Assembly: GCA_946186215.1 (NCBI GenBank)
Contig: CAMHMM010000001.1
Coordinates: 1-40,597 of the forward strand
Length of the DNA: 40,597 nucleotides
Source of the DNA: an uncultured Ruminococcus sp.
GTDB lineage: Bacteria; Bacillota; Clostridia; Oscillospirales; Ruminococcaceae
Direction of reading: 5' to 3'
In this document: positions 28,079 through 36,213 of the stretch, piece by piece
Position numbering within the stretch: the first letter of the stretch is position 1
Layout: each line of letters opens with the position of its first letter
Notes under the pieces: model-generated
Told to the model about the DNA's origin: nothing
Database searches by the model: none
What the model saw: only the letters and a program-made list of their open reading frames with translations
Program-made: the position numbers and the translations under genes

Positions 28079-28792
28079 GTCGGCAAGGCCGACAGCTACT
28101 CGGCAGGCTGAGCCTGCACCCTCCCGTACTCTCATTTGTCAGGGAACGAGCTTTTGTGGCTCGGAACTCTTATTTACATTGAAGCTGGCGGCGAAACGCT
28201 GCTGTTGCCCGTATTTTTATATGTGGGTAACGCTCATCGGTGGCTAGGAGCTTTCATTTTCAAGTTTCGGGCTGCAAATGAGCGTTAACATTCAAATACA
28301 AGTGCGGGTAACAGCGGACTTTGTCCGCCTAACGGTAGCCTTTTGTTTTAAACGGTTTATTTGTTGCAGGTCAAAGGGGATGAAACACCAGAGGGACGGA
28401 GCATCAGTCCGCAATAGCGGCAGTATTTGTGCGCCGTCCCTCTTCGTTTCTCCCCTTTGTATCCCCTTTTCCCCACTCTTTTGTTATTTTGCTTTCCGTC
28501 GAACCCCGTTTGTAACTCACTCAGGATTATCAGTACACTAAATCTCACATTCACTCAGGTGTGTTCTGAGGGGACAGTCGCCGATGTATGTCTGCTTTCT
28601 GCTTCATTTGACTCGCCCTGACACTTGTAAGGACACCTGCTCTCAGGTTTAGCAACCTCTCATGTCAGTTTCTTCTGTTTACCCTTAGTAAAATAAAAGT
28701 TCCGGGCTTCAGATGATAGTTATCTTTCAAATGAAAGAGCGGGTAGTTGTCGGCCTTGCCGACCGGGTAACAGCGGTGTTTCGCCGCCCGGT
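28078..28792. repeat. Family-1 composite array with inverted halves, between oriC boxes and dnaA stop
   Basis: Hairpins and linkers at 28078-28260 in one orientation; 28262-28330 and 28693-28790 in the other. Confidence 0.9.
28304..28661. repeat. ~358-nt conserved structured element, copy A
   Basis: Colinear with 38042-38400; identical blocks 28370-28406 and 28428-28494 form a long hairpin. Confidence 0.9.
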
Positions 28793-30130
28793 TTAGCCGG
28801 CGGATTTCTTGATGTTCCTGATAAGATCCTCGATCGTGTCCCGTGTGAGGGGATCGGATTCTATGAGCTTTGTCACATCTGCGATGTAGAATGACACGGT
28901 GGCGTGATCTCTCTTGCCGAGCTCCGCACCGATATCCTGCAGTGAAAGCGATGTGCATTCCTTCATCACATAGGCCGCAGCCTTTCTTGCGATGGAGACC
29001 TGCTTTGCGCGAGATTTTGATTTTATCTCATCGGGTTTTACGCCGTATACCTGCGCAACATCCGCGATTATGCTGTCGTTTGTGAGGGTGGTGTCGTCAT
29101 CATCGGTGAGTATCTCCCTGATGACGCTCTGAACCTGCGCCATGGTAGGCGGCGAGTTCATAAGGCTCTGGTAGGCGCTGAGCTTTTTCACGCAGCCCTC
29201 GAGCTGTCTTACACTGGTCTTCAGCCTGCCAGCCATGTAGTTTATGTATTCCTCGCTGAGCTCAAGATCAAGTAGCCCCGCCTTTCTCTTGACGATGGCA
29301 CATCTTGTCTCATACTCTGGCATACCGATATCTGCGGTAAGACCGGATTCAAAGCGTGTCCTCAGCCTGTCCGCAAGGGATTTGATATTCTTCGGGTGCT
29401 GGTCGGAGGTTATCACGATCTGCTTTCCGTGGTTGTGGAGCTCGTTGAAGGTGTGGAAGAACTCCTCCTGCGTGGACTCCTTTCCGGAAATAAACTGTAT
29501 ATCATCCACCAGAAGCACATCAGCATTGCGGTACTTGCGCTTGAATGAAACAGTGTCCTGTATCTTTATAGCCTCGATCATTTCGCTGGTGAACTGCTCA
29601 CCTGTCACATAGATGATGTTGGCATCAGGATCGTTTTGCTGTATCCTGTTACTGATGGCCTTCATCAGATGGGTCTTGCCCAGTCCCGAATCCCCGTAAA
29701 TGAAAAGGGGATTGTATTTTCCGCCGGGGTTTTCAGCAACTCCCACACAGGCTGCATGGGCAAATTCATTGGATTTGCCGACTATGAAGGTGTCAAAGGT
29801 GTATTCATACTGGCCGTTGTTTACAGCCTTTGGCTTCGGCTTTTCTTCAAGCTTTTTCTTTTCATCCTCAGAGAGGATAACTATTTTTATCTTCCGTCCG
29901 GTGATATGCTCAAAGGCCTCATTTAATATCTCGCCGTGCTGCTCCTCGATCATATCCCTTGCCCAGTCCGAATCATCGCCGCTGACGGAGAGTGTGAAAA
30001 CATCTCCCTCAAAGCTTACGGGCTGGAGCTTTTTTATCAGAATATTATATGAAACATTGGTCAGCCTGTCCGAACGGACGAGCTGGCCGATGTAGTTCAT
30101 GACATCGTTGAAAATATCTGTAAATGACAT
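28793..30130 (-). CDS. dnaA: Chromosomal replication initiator DnaA
   Basis: YTFDTFIVGKSN, YNPLFIYGDSGLGKTHL, LLVDDIQF, QEEFFHTFN, RDHATV; start MSFTDIF (30130) after GGGG. Confidence 0.99.
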   Translation of the reverse strand: MSFTDIFNDVMNYIGQLVRSDRLTNVSYNILIKKLQPVSFEGDVFTLSVSGDDSDWARDMIEEQHGEILNEAFEHITGRKIKIVILSEDEKKKLEEKPKPKAVNNGQYEYTFDTFIVGKSNEFAHAACVGVAENPGGKYNPLFIYGDSGLGKTHLMKAISNRIQQNDPDANIIYVTGEQFTSEMIEAIKIQDTVSFKRKYRNADVLLVDDIQFISGKESTQEEFFHTFNELHNHGKQIVITSDQHPKNIKSLADRLRTRFESGLTADIGMPEYETRCAIVKRKAGLLDLELSEEYINYMAGRLKTSVRQLEGCVKKLSAYQSLMNSPPTMAQVQSVIREILTDDDDTTLTNDSIIADVAQVYGVKPDEIKSKSRAKQVSIARKAAAYVMKECTSLSLQDIGAELGKRDHATVSFYIADVTKLIESDPLTRDTIEDLIRNIKKSAG

Positions 30131-30342
30131 CTGTATCCCCTGAAAGTTGTAATGCAGGGTGTCACGCCGTATCAAGATAACAGCATGGGAAAAAACACCT
30201 GTGATAGACAGGGATCTGTCTGCCGTCTTACGGCTTTGTAAAACCCTGTCACGATGTGTATTATTCCTGCATTCTGCCCTGTGTTTTCCGCCGCAGGAAA
30301 AGCGGCAGGAGCGCAAAAAGGCAAAAGCACACCAACATAACT

Positions 30343-30371
30343 ATTATAGCACAAATGAAAAAAAAAATCAA
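30343..30371 (-). promoter_or_regulatory. Probable dnaA promoter
   Basis: TTGATT-17 nt-TATAAT with extended TGn; implies a 5' leader of about 200 nt. Confidence 0.7.
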
Positions 30372-30495
30372 GCAAAAAGATATATTTTGATATACTGTTT
30401 CTGGTAGATATAGAGCCTGTCAGAGATAATTTTGTTTTGTTGATAATGCACAAAATTCAATGAAATTTTTTTCAATATCATGTTGCTATAAAATT

Positions 30496-30524
30496 TTGAC
30501 ATTTTTTGAAAATTATGTTATAAT
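30496..30524 (+). promoter_or_regulatory. Consensus sigma-A promoter for the 30637 gene
   Basis: TTGACA-17 nt-TATAAT with extended TGn. Confidence 0.85.
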
Positions 30525-30636
30525 CAAAATAGTGATGTCCTGTCCCTCAGGACAGGATCAAAGCCTTTGTAAACGATTTTTTATTTAGTGATAAAGAGCG
30601 GAAAACGAGAAAACCTACCGGATCGGAGCAGATACT

Positions 30637-32142
30637 ATGGCAAATGAATTTGATTCCGCAGCATATGCTGCTGCACATCAGGAAAAAAAGATAGGTTCCT
30701 ATGAGGCTATATTCAAGGAATCTGCCTTTGCAAAGCCTCAGAATATCTATTTCACCATTACCGCAGGGCATATATTCGGAGAGGCCTTCGTAATGGAGCA
30801 GCAGGGCACCATGGAGGGCGATCCTGTTTACTGCAGATTCGTGTGCGGTCTCGAGGATATAACCAAGGTCTATATCAACGACAGAGTAAAGGTATCACCG
30901 CTGTTTATCCAGTGCGATACAGATGTGAAGGGCGTAGTTCACAGAAAAAGGATAATCGTTCCCTGTCTTCCCAATGTAAAGGAAATACTTGAGGAGATAA
31001 AGAAAGTCCACGCCGTTCATATGAAGAAATTTGAGGAGACGAAGCAGCGCGAAAGAGAGAGAAAGCTCGAGGAGCTTCGCAGGAACGAAGGCAGCGAGCC
31101 TGTTCAGGAGCAGGAAGCACAGCCCGAGGCAGTCGCACCCGAGAAGAGAAGCATCTATTTCGATCCCTCGCTCCCCGCATCACTGCCTCCCAGAAAGAAG
31201 CCCTCAAAGCTTGAGCTCACAGCCGATCTCGAAGAGGATCTCAAAACTCTTGAAAAGCTTTCCATGGCTGTATCCGCAAATGCAGGTACTTCCAAGCAGG
31301 AAAGCCAGAGCGGTGATTCTCCCGAGGTGGAGAAGGCTCTTGAAGCATTAAAGGGCGAGATAGAGGAGATCACTGCTCCCAAGAAGCGCCTTAAAAAGGC
31401 AAAGTCTGATATTGACGATCAGGTGCCCGAGCTTGATACAAAGAAGATAAAGGCTCCCAAGAAGATAAAGCACAACCCCGACGAGGTAGAGTCCATCGCA
31501 GCGGGAGAAGAGGTCAACACAGAAGAGATACTCGGTGTTCCCGCAGCAGTAGAGCAGGTTGAGAACAGTGTTGAGGAGATAAGCGCCGGCAACAAAAAGC
31601 CGCCCAAGGTAAAGACCGATATCCCCGATGAGCTGCTTTCGCTGGAGCTTCCGCCAATCGTTGAGCTGTCCCACGCTGATGAGCTTTCAACAGGTGATAT
31701 GCTCACCGATGTTGATGATGCGATAGCTGAGGAAAAGGCTGCAGAGGAGGCTCGTCTTGCCGAGGAAGCAAAGCTTGCACAGGAAAAAGCCGAAGCAGAG
31801 GCTAAGGCCGCTGAAGAAGCACGCATCGCCGAGGAAAAGCGCCTTGCGGAAGAAAAGGCAGCAGAAGAGGCTCGTCTTGCCGCAGAAGCGCAGGCAGCCG
31901 AGGAAGCAAGACTTGCGGAGGAGCAGCGCCTTGAAGAGGAAAGAAAGGCAAAGGAAAGAGCATCGTCCATCAGGAGCACAGAAAAGGTACGCACTGTTCC
32001 CAACAGGATAAGCGAGGGCACACAGAGCGGCGGCCTGAAAGATTTTGAGGACGCTATGAAGGCTCTTGCCGCAAGGAAGAATGAGCTTTCTCCCGAGGAA
32101 TACGCTCAGGAGAAGAAGAAGATAATAGCAACTCTTTATTGA
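30637..32142 (+). CDS. Hypothetical protein: globular N-terminus, long acidic linker, E/A/K/R helical repeats, SHOCT-like C-terminus
   Basis: 501-aa ORF, SD GGAG; repeated EEKAAEEARLA; ends LSPEEYAQEKKKIIATLY. Confidence 0.85.
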   Translation: MANEFDSAAYAAAHQEKKIGSYEAIFKESAFAKPQNIYFTITAGHIFGEAFVMEQQGTMEGDPVYCRFVCGLEDITKVYINDRVKVSPLFIQCDTDVKGVVHRKRIIVPCLPNVKEILEEIKKVHAVHMKKFEETKQRERERKLEELRRNEGSEPVQEQEAQPEAVAPEKRSIYFDPSLPASLPPRKKPSKLELTADLEEDLKTLEKLSMAVSANAGTSKQESQSGDSPEVEKALEALKGEIEEITAPKKRLKKAKSDIDDQVPELDTKKIKAPKKIKHNPDEVESIAAGEEVNTEEILGVPAAVEQVENSVEEISAGNKKPPKVKTDIPDELLSLELPPIVELSHADELSTGDMLTDVDDAIAEEKAAEEARLAEEAKLAQEKAEAEAKAAEEARIAEEKRLAEEKAAEEARLAAEAQAAEEARLAEEQRLEEERKAKERASSIRSTEKVRTVPNRISEGTQSGGLKDFEDAMKALAARKNELSPEEYAQEKKKIIATLY

Positions 32143-32152
32143 TATGATAAGC

Positions 32153-32178
32153 TATCCCACGCCCTGCGGCGTGGGATA
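32153..32178 (+). terminator. Hairpin after the 30637 gene
   Basis: TATCCCACGCC-CTGC-GGCGTGGGATA. Confidence 0.65.
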
Positions 32179-32215
32179 TATACACTTTTTAAGTATATTG
32201 ACGCGGGTGAATGAA

Positions 32216-33124
32216 ATGAATATAAAAAAATATGCCGCTGTTTGTGCAGCGATCATGGTAATGAGTGCAGGAGTGCCGATCGGCAGCTTTGAAAATATGC
32301 CTTCTCTGTGTACAAGCGTATCAGCCGACGGGTATTATTATGTGCTCAACAAGCAGAGCAGCATCAAGGCTGTGCTCGGTGACGACGGTACTCTCAGCAT
32401 CAGCGGTTACGGTGAGATAACCAACGGAAGCTGGGTATACAAAAAGGACAAGACTGCAATAAAGTCGGTCGTATTTGAAAAGGGCAGCAGGATAACATCC
32501 ATCGGCGACGGCGCTTTCAGCGGATGCACTGCTCTTGAATCGGTAAAGCTCCCTGCTTACTTAAAGGAGATCCACGCAAACGCATTTTCGGGATGCGGGG
32601 CTCTTTCCGCTGTGAGCATACCCACCAAATGCACAGTTATCGGTAAAAACGCCTTTCTTGGCTGCACCTCACTTAAAAAGGTGACCTTCAGGGCAACGGC
32701 ACCCATCGCATTTTCCACCAAGTCCTTTGCCGACCTTACAGAGGATGTGACTGTGGAGATACCTGTGGGATCAACCTACGGAAAAAAGGAGATACTCGAA
32801 AGTCTCAAAAACGACAGGTTCGCTTCTGTTTTCGGTGATGCTCAGGTAATAAGAAAGGACACTCCCGACGAGCGCACCACACCTACGGTATATGCAGATA
32901 ACGGAAAGATCACCATAAGCTGGAAGGGTGCGGAGAATGCCCGTTATTATAATGTATATCTGATGAAGAATGACGGCAGTCTCAAAAAGCTCACCACCAC
33001 CGAAAAGACCACCTATGTGATGAACTGCAAGATAAATGGCCGCTACCGCTTTGCCATCCGCGCATACATCAACGGAAAATGGACAAAGGTATCCGACAAG
33101 GAAGTAGTTACGATACTTGCGTAA
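32216..33124 (+). CDS. Secreted BspA-type leucine-rich repeat (LRR_5) protein with C-terminal Fn3-like domain
   Basis: Signal-like MNIKKYAAVCAAIMVM; ITSIGDGAFSGCTAL-type repeats; ITISWKGAENARYYNVY...YRFAIRAY. Confidence 0.88.
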   Translation: MNIKKYAAVCAAIMVMSAGVPIGSFENMPSLCTSVSADGYYYVLNKQSSIKAVLGDDGTLSISGYGEITNGSWVYKKDKTAIKSVVFEKGSRITSIGDGAFSGCTALESVKLPAYLKEIHANAFSGCGALSAVSIPTKCTVIGKNAFLGCTSLKKVTFRATAPIAFSTKSFADLTEDVTVEIPVGSTYGKKEILESLKNDRFASVFGDAQVIRKDTPDERTTPTVYADNGKITISWKGAENARYYNVYLMKNDGSLKKLTTTEKTTYVMNCKINGRYRFAIRAYINGKWTKVSDKEVVTILA

Positions 33125-33130
33125 GGGATC

Positions 33131-33203
33131 GAACCCCCCTCCGCCTCACTGCGCCCGGCACCTCCCCTTTCAGTGGCGGCAAGACAGGCAGAGTCTGCAT
33201 CCA
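33131..33203. repeat. Family-2 copy plus degenerate family-1 hairpin
   Basis: Reverse complement aligns with 1468-1515; followed by CAGGCAGAGTCTGCATCC. Confidence 0.8.
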
Positions 33204-33227
33204 CGCAACAAAATAGAGTAAGATAAA

Positions 33228-33710
33228 ATGATACACATACGAAAATTCAGAAACGGTGATGAACAGGCGGTCGCGGATGTGATAGCCGTGACCATGCGGA
33301 CTGTGAATATAAAGGATTATCCCGAAAAATACATAGAGGACGCAGTTGCATTCCTGAATGCTTCAAAGATAAAGGAGCGCTCGGGCTGGATGCATCTCTA
33401 TGTGGTCTGCGATGATGATATGATCATCGGCTGCGGCGGCATCGCTCCCTACTGGAGCAAGGAAGATGAGAGCATCATATTCACCGTTTTCGTCCTGCCC
33501 GAATATCACGGCCACGGCATCGGCAGGAGCATCATTGAAGCGATAGAAAAGGACGAGATATTCCTTCGGGCGCGGCGCATCGAGGTGCCCGCATCCATAA
33601 CGGCGCTTGAATTTTACAGAAAAATGGGCTACGACTACAAGGACGGCAAAAAAGAGATAAACGAGGATATGGTCTATCTTCTTGAAAAAAGGCGCGAACC
33701 CGCAGTATGA
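33228..33710 (+). CDS. GNAT family N-acetyltransferase
   Basis: VFVLPEYHGHGIGR and ASITALEFYRKMGY. Confidence 0.93.
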   Translation: MIHIRKFRNGDEQAVADVIAVTMRTVNIKDYPEKYIEDAVAFLNASKIKERSGWMHLYVVCDDDMIIGCGGIAPYWSKEDESIIFTVFVLPEYHGHGIGRSIIEAIEKDEIFLRARRIEVPASITALEFYRKMGYDYKDGKKEINEDMVYLLEKRREPAV

Positions 33711-33716
33711 ACTAAC

Positions 33717-33755
33717 AAAACAACCTCCCCGCTTGCAAACGGGGAGGTTGTTTTG
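33717..33755. terminator. Bidirectional terminator
   Basis: AAAACAACCTCCCCG-CTTGCAAA-CGGGGAGGTTGTTTT between convergent genes. Confidence 0.88.
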
Positions 33756-33782
33756 CATTTATTTAAAGGTTTAAAGGAGTTA

Positions 33783-34193
33783 TCAGAATATAATGTCATC
33801 TATATCAACGATGTAGTAGTTATGGCCCTTGATGTAGAAATATCCGATATCGTCGGAATAATAGATCTTTCTCTTGTAGATATCCTTGCCGATGTACTCG
33901 GTGAATGTAAAGTCCCAACCGAGGGATTCGCCGGTGCTGCCGCCGTTATATGCATAATAGCCTATCTTTGTGCTGTAATATACATCTCCATAGAAAGCGT
34001 CCTTGCCGACATATACGATTTCCTGATAAATGCCGTACTCGTCTTCCTGATATACCTGACCATCATTTACTCCGTCGTAAAATACATCTCCGTCATATGT
34101 ATAGTATGTAGCTGCTCCGACTGTTGAGAATACGGATACAGATGCGATAAGTGCTGCGATAGCTGCTGTTATTGTTCTCTTTGTGTTTTTCAT
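33783..34193 (-). CDS. Small secreted Tyr-rich protein with internal duplication
   Basis: Signal peptide MKNTKRTITAAIAALIAS...VGA; SD AGGAGG; YVGKDAFYGDVYYSTKIGYY resembles YIGKDIYKRKIYYSDDIGYF. Confidence 0.85.
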   Translation of the reverse strand: MKNTKRTITAAIAALIASVSVFSTVGAATYYTYDGDVFYDGVNDGQVYQEDEYGIYQEIVYVGKDAFYGDVYYSTKIGYYAYNGGSTGESLGWDFTFTEYIGKDIYKRKIYYSDDIGYFYIKGHNYYIVDIDDIIF

Positions 34194-34260
34194 AATAGGT
34201 TCCTCCTGAATTTAAAGCTTTTTTTATTTTATTTTTTGAAGCTTTGTTTTTTTCGCTTCT

Positions 34261-34315
34261 GTCTGTTTAACCGATGCAATGGAAAAAAAGGACAAGATTT
34301 TCTGAAAAAATTTTT
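34261..34315 (-). promoter_or_regulatory. Putative ECF-sigma promoter motif, copy 1
   Basis: Minus strand: AAATTTTTTCAGAAAATCT-TGTCC-16 nt-CGGTTAAACAGAC; near-identical motif at 38664-38715 (+). Confidence 0.65.
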
Positions 34316-34369
34316 GAGGATCTGTTTTTAGTGTTTCCTTAAAAGTAAATTAGAATTTCCCTGATCACA

Positions 34370-34398
34370 TTGACATAAGGAGAATTTTGGTATAGAAT
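34370..34398 (+). promoter_or_regulatory. Sigma-A-type promoter for the 34498 gene
   Basis: TTGACA-17 nt-TAGAAT. Confidence 0.65.
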
Positions 34399-34497
34399 TT
34401 AACTACGATCCCAAACAAATGATATGAGAAGTGATCGGTGGTCTGCCACTGACCGCCGGCCGCCGGACACTGATCACCCAAACAAACGGAGAATGAC

Positions 34498-34809
34498 ATG
34501 AGTTCTGTTAATGCAAGCGATACCGAGAAAATAAGACAATATTACAACAGAAAGCTTATCGGTGAAGAGCTCGGAAGAGAAATAAAAAAGCCGGTCAGGA
34601 TAGATCTTGTTGATACACTTGCCGTGGCTGCCGGCAGCTTTCTCGGCTATTTTCTCAACAGCCTGATAAATCCCGGTGTGGTGATAGGCAGCCCTGTGGC
34701 AGAGTTTATTGCGGAATCATTCATTGTTACCGCGACCGTGGTGATAGTTGAGGTCACTGTGGGATATATCAGACAGGCAATAGGAAAAATAAGAAAGCAC
34801 GGTGAATGA
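34498..34809 (+). CDS. Hypothetical two-TM protein
   Basis: 103 aa, SD GGAG, two hydrophobic segments. Confidence 0.7.
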   Translation: MSSVNASDTEKIRQYYNRKLIGEELGREIKKPVRIDLVDTLAVAAGSFLGYFLNSLINPGVVIGSPVAEFIAESFIVTATVVIVEVTVGYIRQAIGKIRKHGE

Positions 34810-34842
34810 TCATCGTGCTTTTGTGTTACAGGTCATAAGAAA

Positions 34843-34877
34843 GCGGCGTTCACTGCTGAACGCCGCCGGATTTTTTT
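34843..34877. terminator. Terminator between convergent genes
   Basis: GCGGCGTTCA-CTGC-TGAACGCCGC followed by a T-tract. Confidence 0.75.
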
Positions 34878-34889
34878 AAGAATTACAGA

Positions 34890-35870
34890 TTACAGAAGAT
34901 GTGCGCGGGTGTCCTCGCCGGTTCTGTCGATAAGGTATGCAGGAGCGATATCGAAGATAGTCTTGCAGCCTGTAACGCCCTCGGCATTGAGCTTGTATGC
35001 AGCGCGGGCAAATGCCAGAAGAACGCTGGATGTGAATTCGGGGTTGGAATCGAGCTTTAAGGAGAACTCGATAACAGCCTTGTTAGTGCCGTCGCCTACC
35101 TCGCCGGAGCGGATAACAAAGCCGCCGTGAGGGATGCCTGCATGATCTCTCTTCATCTCTTCCTCGGAGATAAAGTGAACGGTGGTATCATAATCAGAGA
35201 AGTAGTTGGGCATGGTCTTGATCTTTTCCTCGATCACAGCTTTGTCAGCGCCTTCCTCTGCTACGACGAATACCTCTCTTGTGTGCTTTTCCCTTGTGGT
35301 GAGAACGGGATTCTCGCCGCTTCTTACTCTTTCAAGTGCGCTTTCAACGGGGATAGTGTACTGTCTTGCATCCTTAACGCCCTCAACGCGTCTTACAGCG
35401 TCGGAATGTCCCTGAGAAACGCCCTTGCCCCAGAAGGTGTAGTCAGAACCGTCGGGGAGAACGGCATTTGTATAAAGTCTGAGAAGTGAGAACAGACCGG
35501 GATCCCAGCCTACGGAAATAATGCCGACCTTGCCTGCTGCCTTTGCTGCAGCGTCAACATTTGCAAAGTGCTCGGGAATCTTTGCATGAGTGTCAAAGCT
35601 GTCGATCACATTGAAATATTTAGCCATTTCGGGTGTCTGCACGGGAAGATCGTTTGCGCTGCCGCCGCAGAGGATGAGAACATCTATTTCGTCCTTATGT
35701 GCTGCTGCTTCATCAGCCTTATAAACAGGTACGCCCTGTGTTGCGATCTTTACGGATGCGGGGTCACGCCTTGTAAATACAGCCTTGAGCTCGCAGTCCT
35801 GAGAGCGCCTTACAGCGTGTTCAACGCCTCTGCCGAGATTTCCGTAGCCGTAGATACCTATTCTTATCAT
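34890..35870 (-). CDS. ddh: meso-diaminopimelate D-dehydrogenase
   Basis: GYGNLGRG, LCGGSANDL, DSFDTH, GWDPGLFS, TFWGKGVSQGHSDA, HGG, SNPEFT. Confidence 0.97.
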   Translation of the reverse strand: MIRIGIYGYGNLGRGVEHAVRRSQDCELKAVFTRRDPASVKIATQGVPVYKADEAAAHKDEIDVLILCGGSANDLPVQTPEMAKYFNVIDSFDTHAKIPEHFANVDAAAKAAGKVGIISVGWDPGLFSLLRLYTNAVLPDGSDYTFWGKGVSQGHSDAVRRVEGVKDARQYTIPVESALERVRSGENPVLTTREKHTREVFVVAEEGADKAVIEEKIKTMPNYFSDYDTTVHFISEEEMKRDHAGIPHGGFVIRSGEVGDGTNKAVIEFSLKLDSNPEFTSSVLLAFARAAYKLNAEGVTGCKTIFDIAPAYLIDRTGEDTRAHLL

Positions 35871-35909
35871 GTTATCACCTTTTTTACAGAAATTTGGAAA
35901 ATACTATGT

Positions 35910-35940
35910 ATAGTTTATCACAGCCTTGCAGGATTGTCAA
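35910..35940 (-). promoter_or_regulatory. Probable ddh promoter
   Basis: TTGACA-17 nt-TAAACT with extended TGn on the minus strand. Confidence 0.6.
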
Positions 35941-36175
35941 TAAATAAATTCAATAAAAAGCATATTATTTTGTTGTAAATATTATGTGAAATGCCTTTAA
36001 ATCGCCATAATCGGGAATTTACAGCCGTTATGAAATGAAGTATGGCATTGATAGAAATTGCAATTGATTCAAAGCTTTGCTTTAAGGAAAGCAGCGGCAT
36101 CCGCCGCCTTGAAGACAGCAGATATTTTTATAAAGATGAGTAATTGTGATGGGTGATAAGGTCAAGACTTATAAT

Positions 36176-36213
36176 AAAAAACGCAGATGGCTCAGATGTC
36201 ATCTGCGTTTTTT
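36176..36213 (-). terminator. Rho-independent terminator after the MBL-fold gene
   Basis: AAAAAACGCAGATGGC-TCAGAT-GTCATCTGCGTTTTTT. Confidence 0.85.

Noticed and set aside
28304-28661. Group II intron, hammerhead or IscB omega-RNA identity for the 358-nt element
   Set aside because: No domain V, CUGAUGA/GAAA core or adjacent RT/IscB/TnpB ORF was recognised; not formally excluded without a covariance search.
28278-28958. Short ORFs over the repeat arrays (also 12140-12536, 21639-21836, 37773-38596)
   Set aside because: Reading frames are not preserved between homologous copies and lack SD sites; by-products of the repeats.
30131-30316. 62-aa N-terminal extension of DnaA
   Set aside because: Not DnaA-like; the SD and expected length favour ATG 30130.
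31730-31950. DNA tandem repeat in the 30637 gene
   Set aside because: Reflects E/A/K/R protein repeats with synonymous variation, not an independent DNA element.
35871-36175. Lysine riboswitch before ddh
   Set aside because: The promoter sits close to the start codon and no L-box pattern was recognised.
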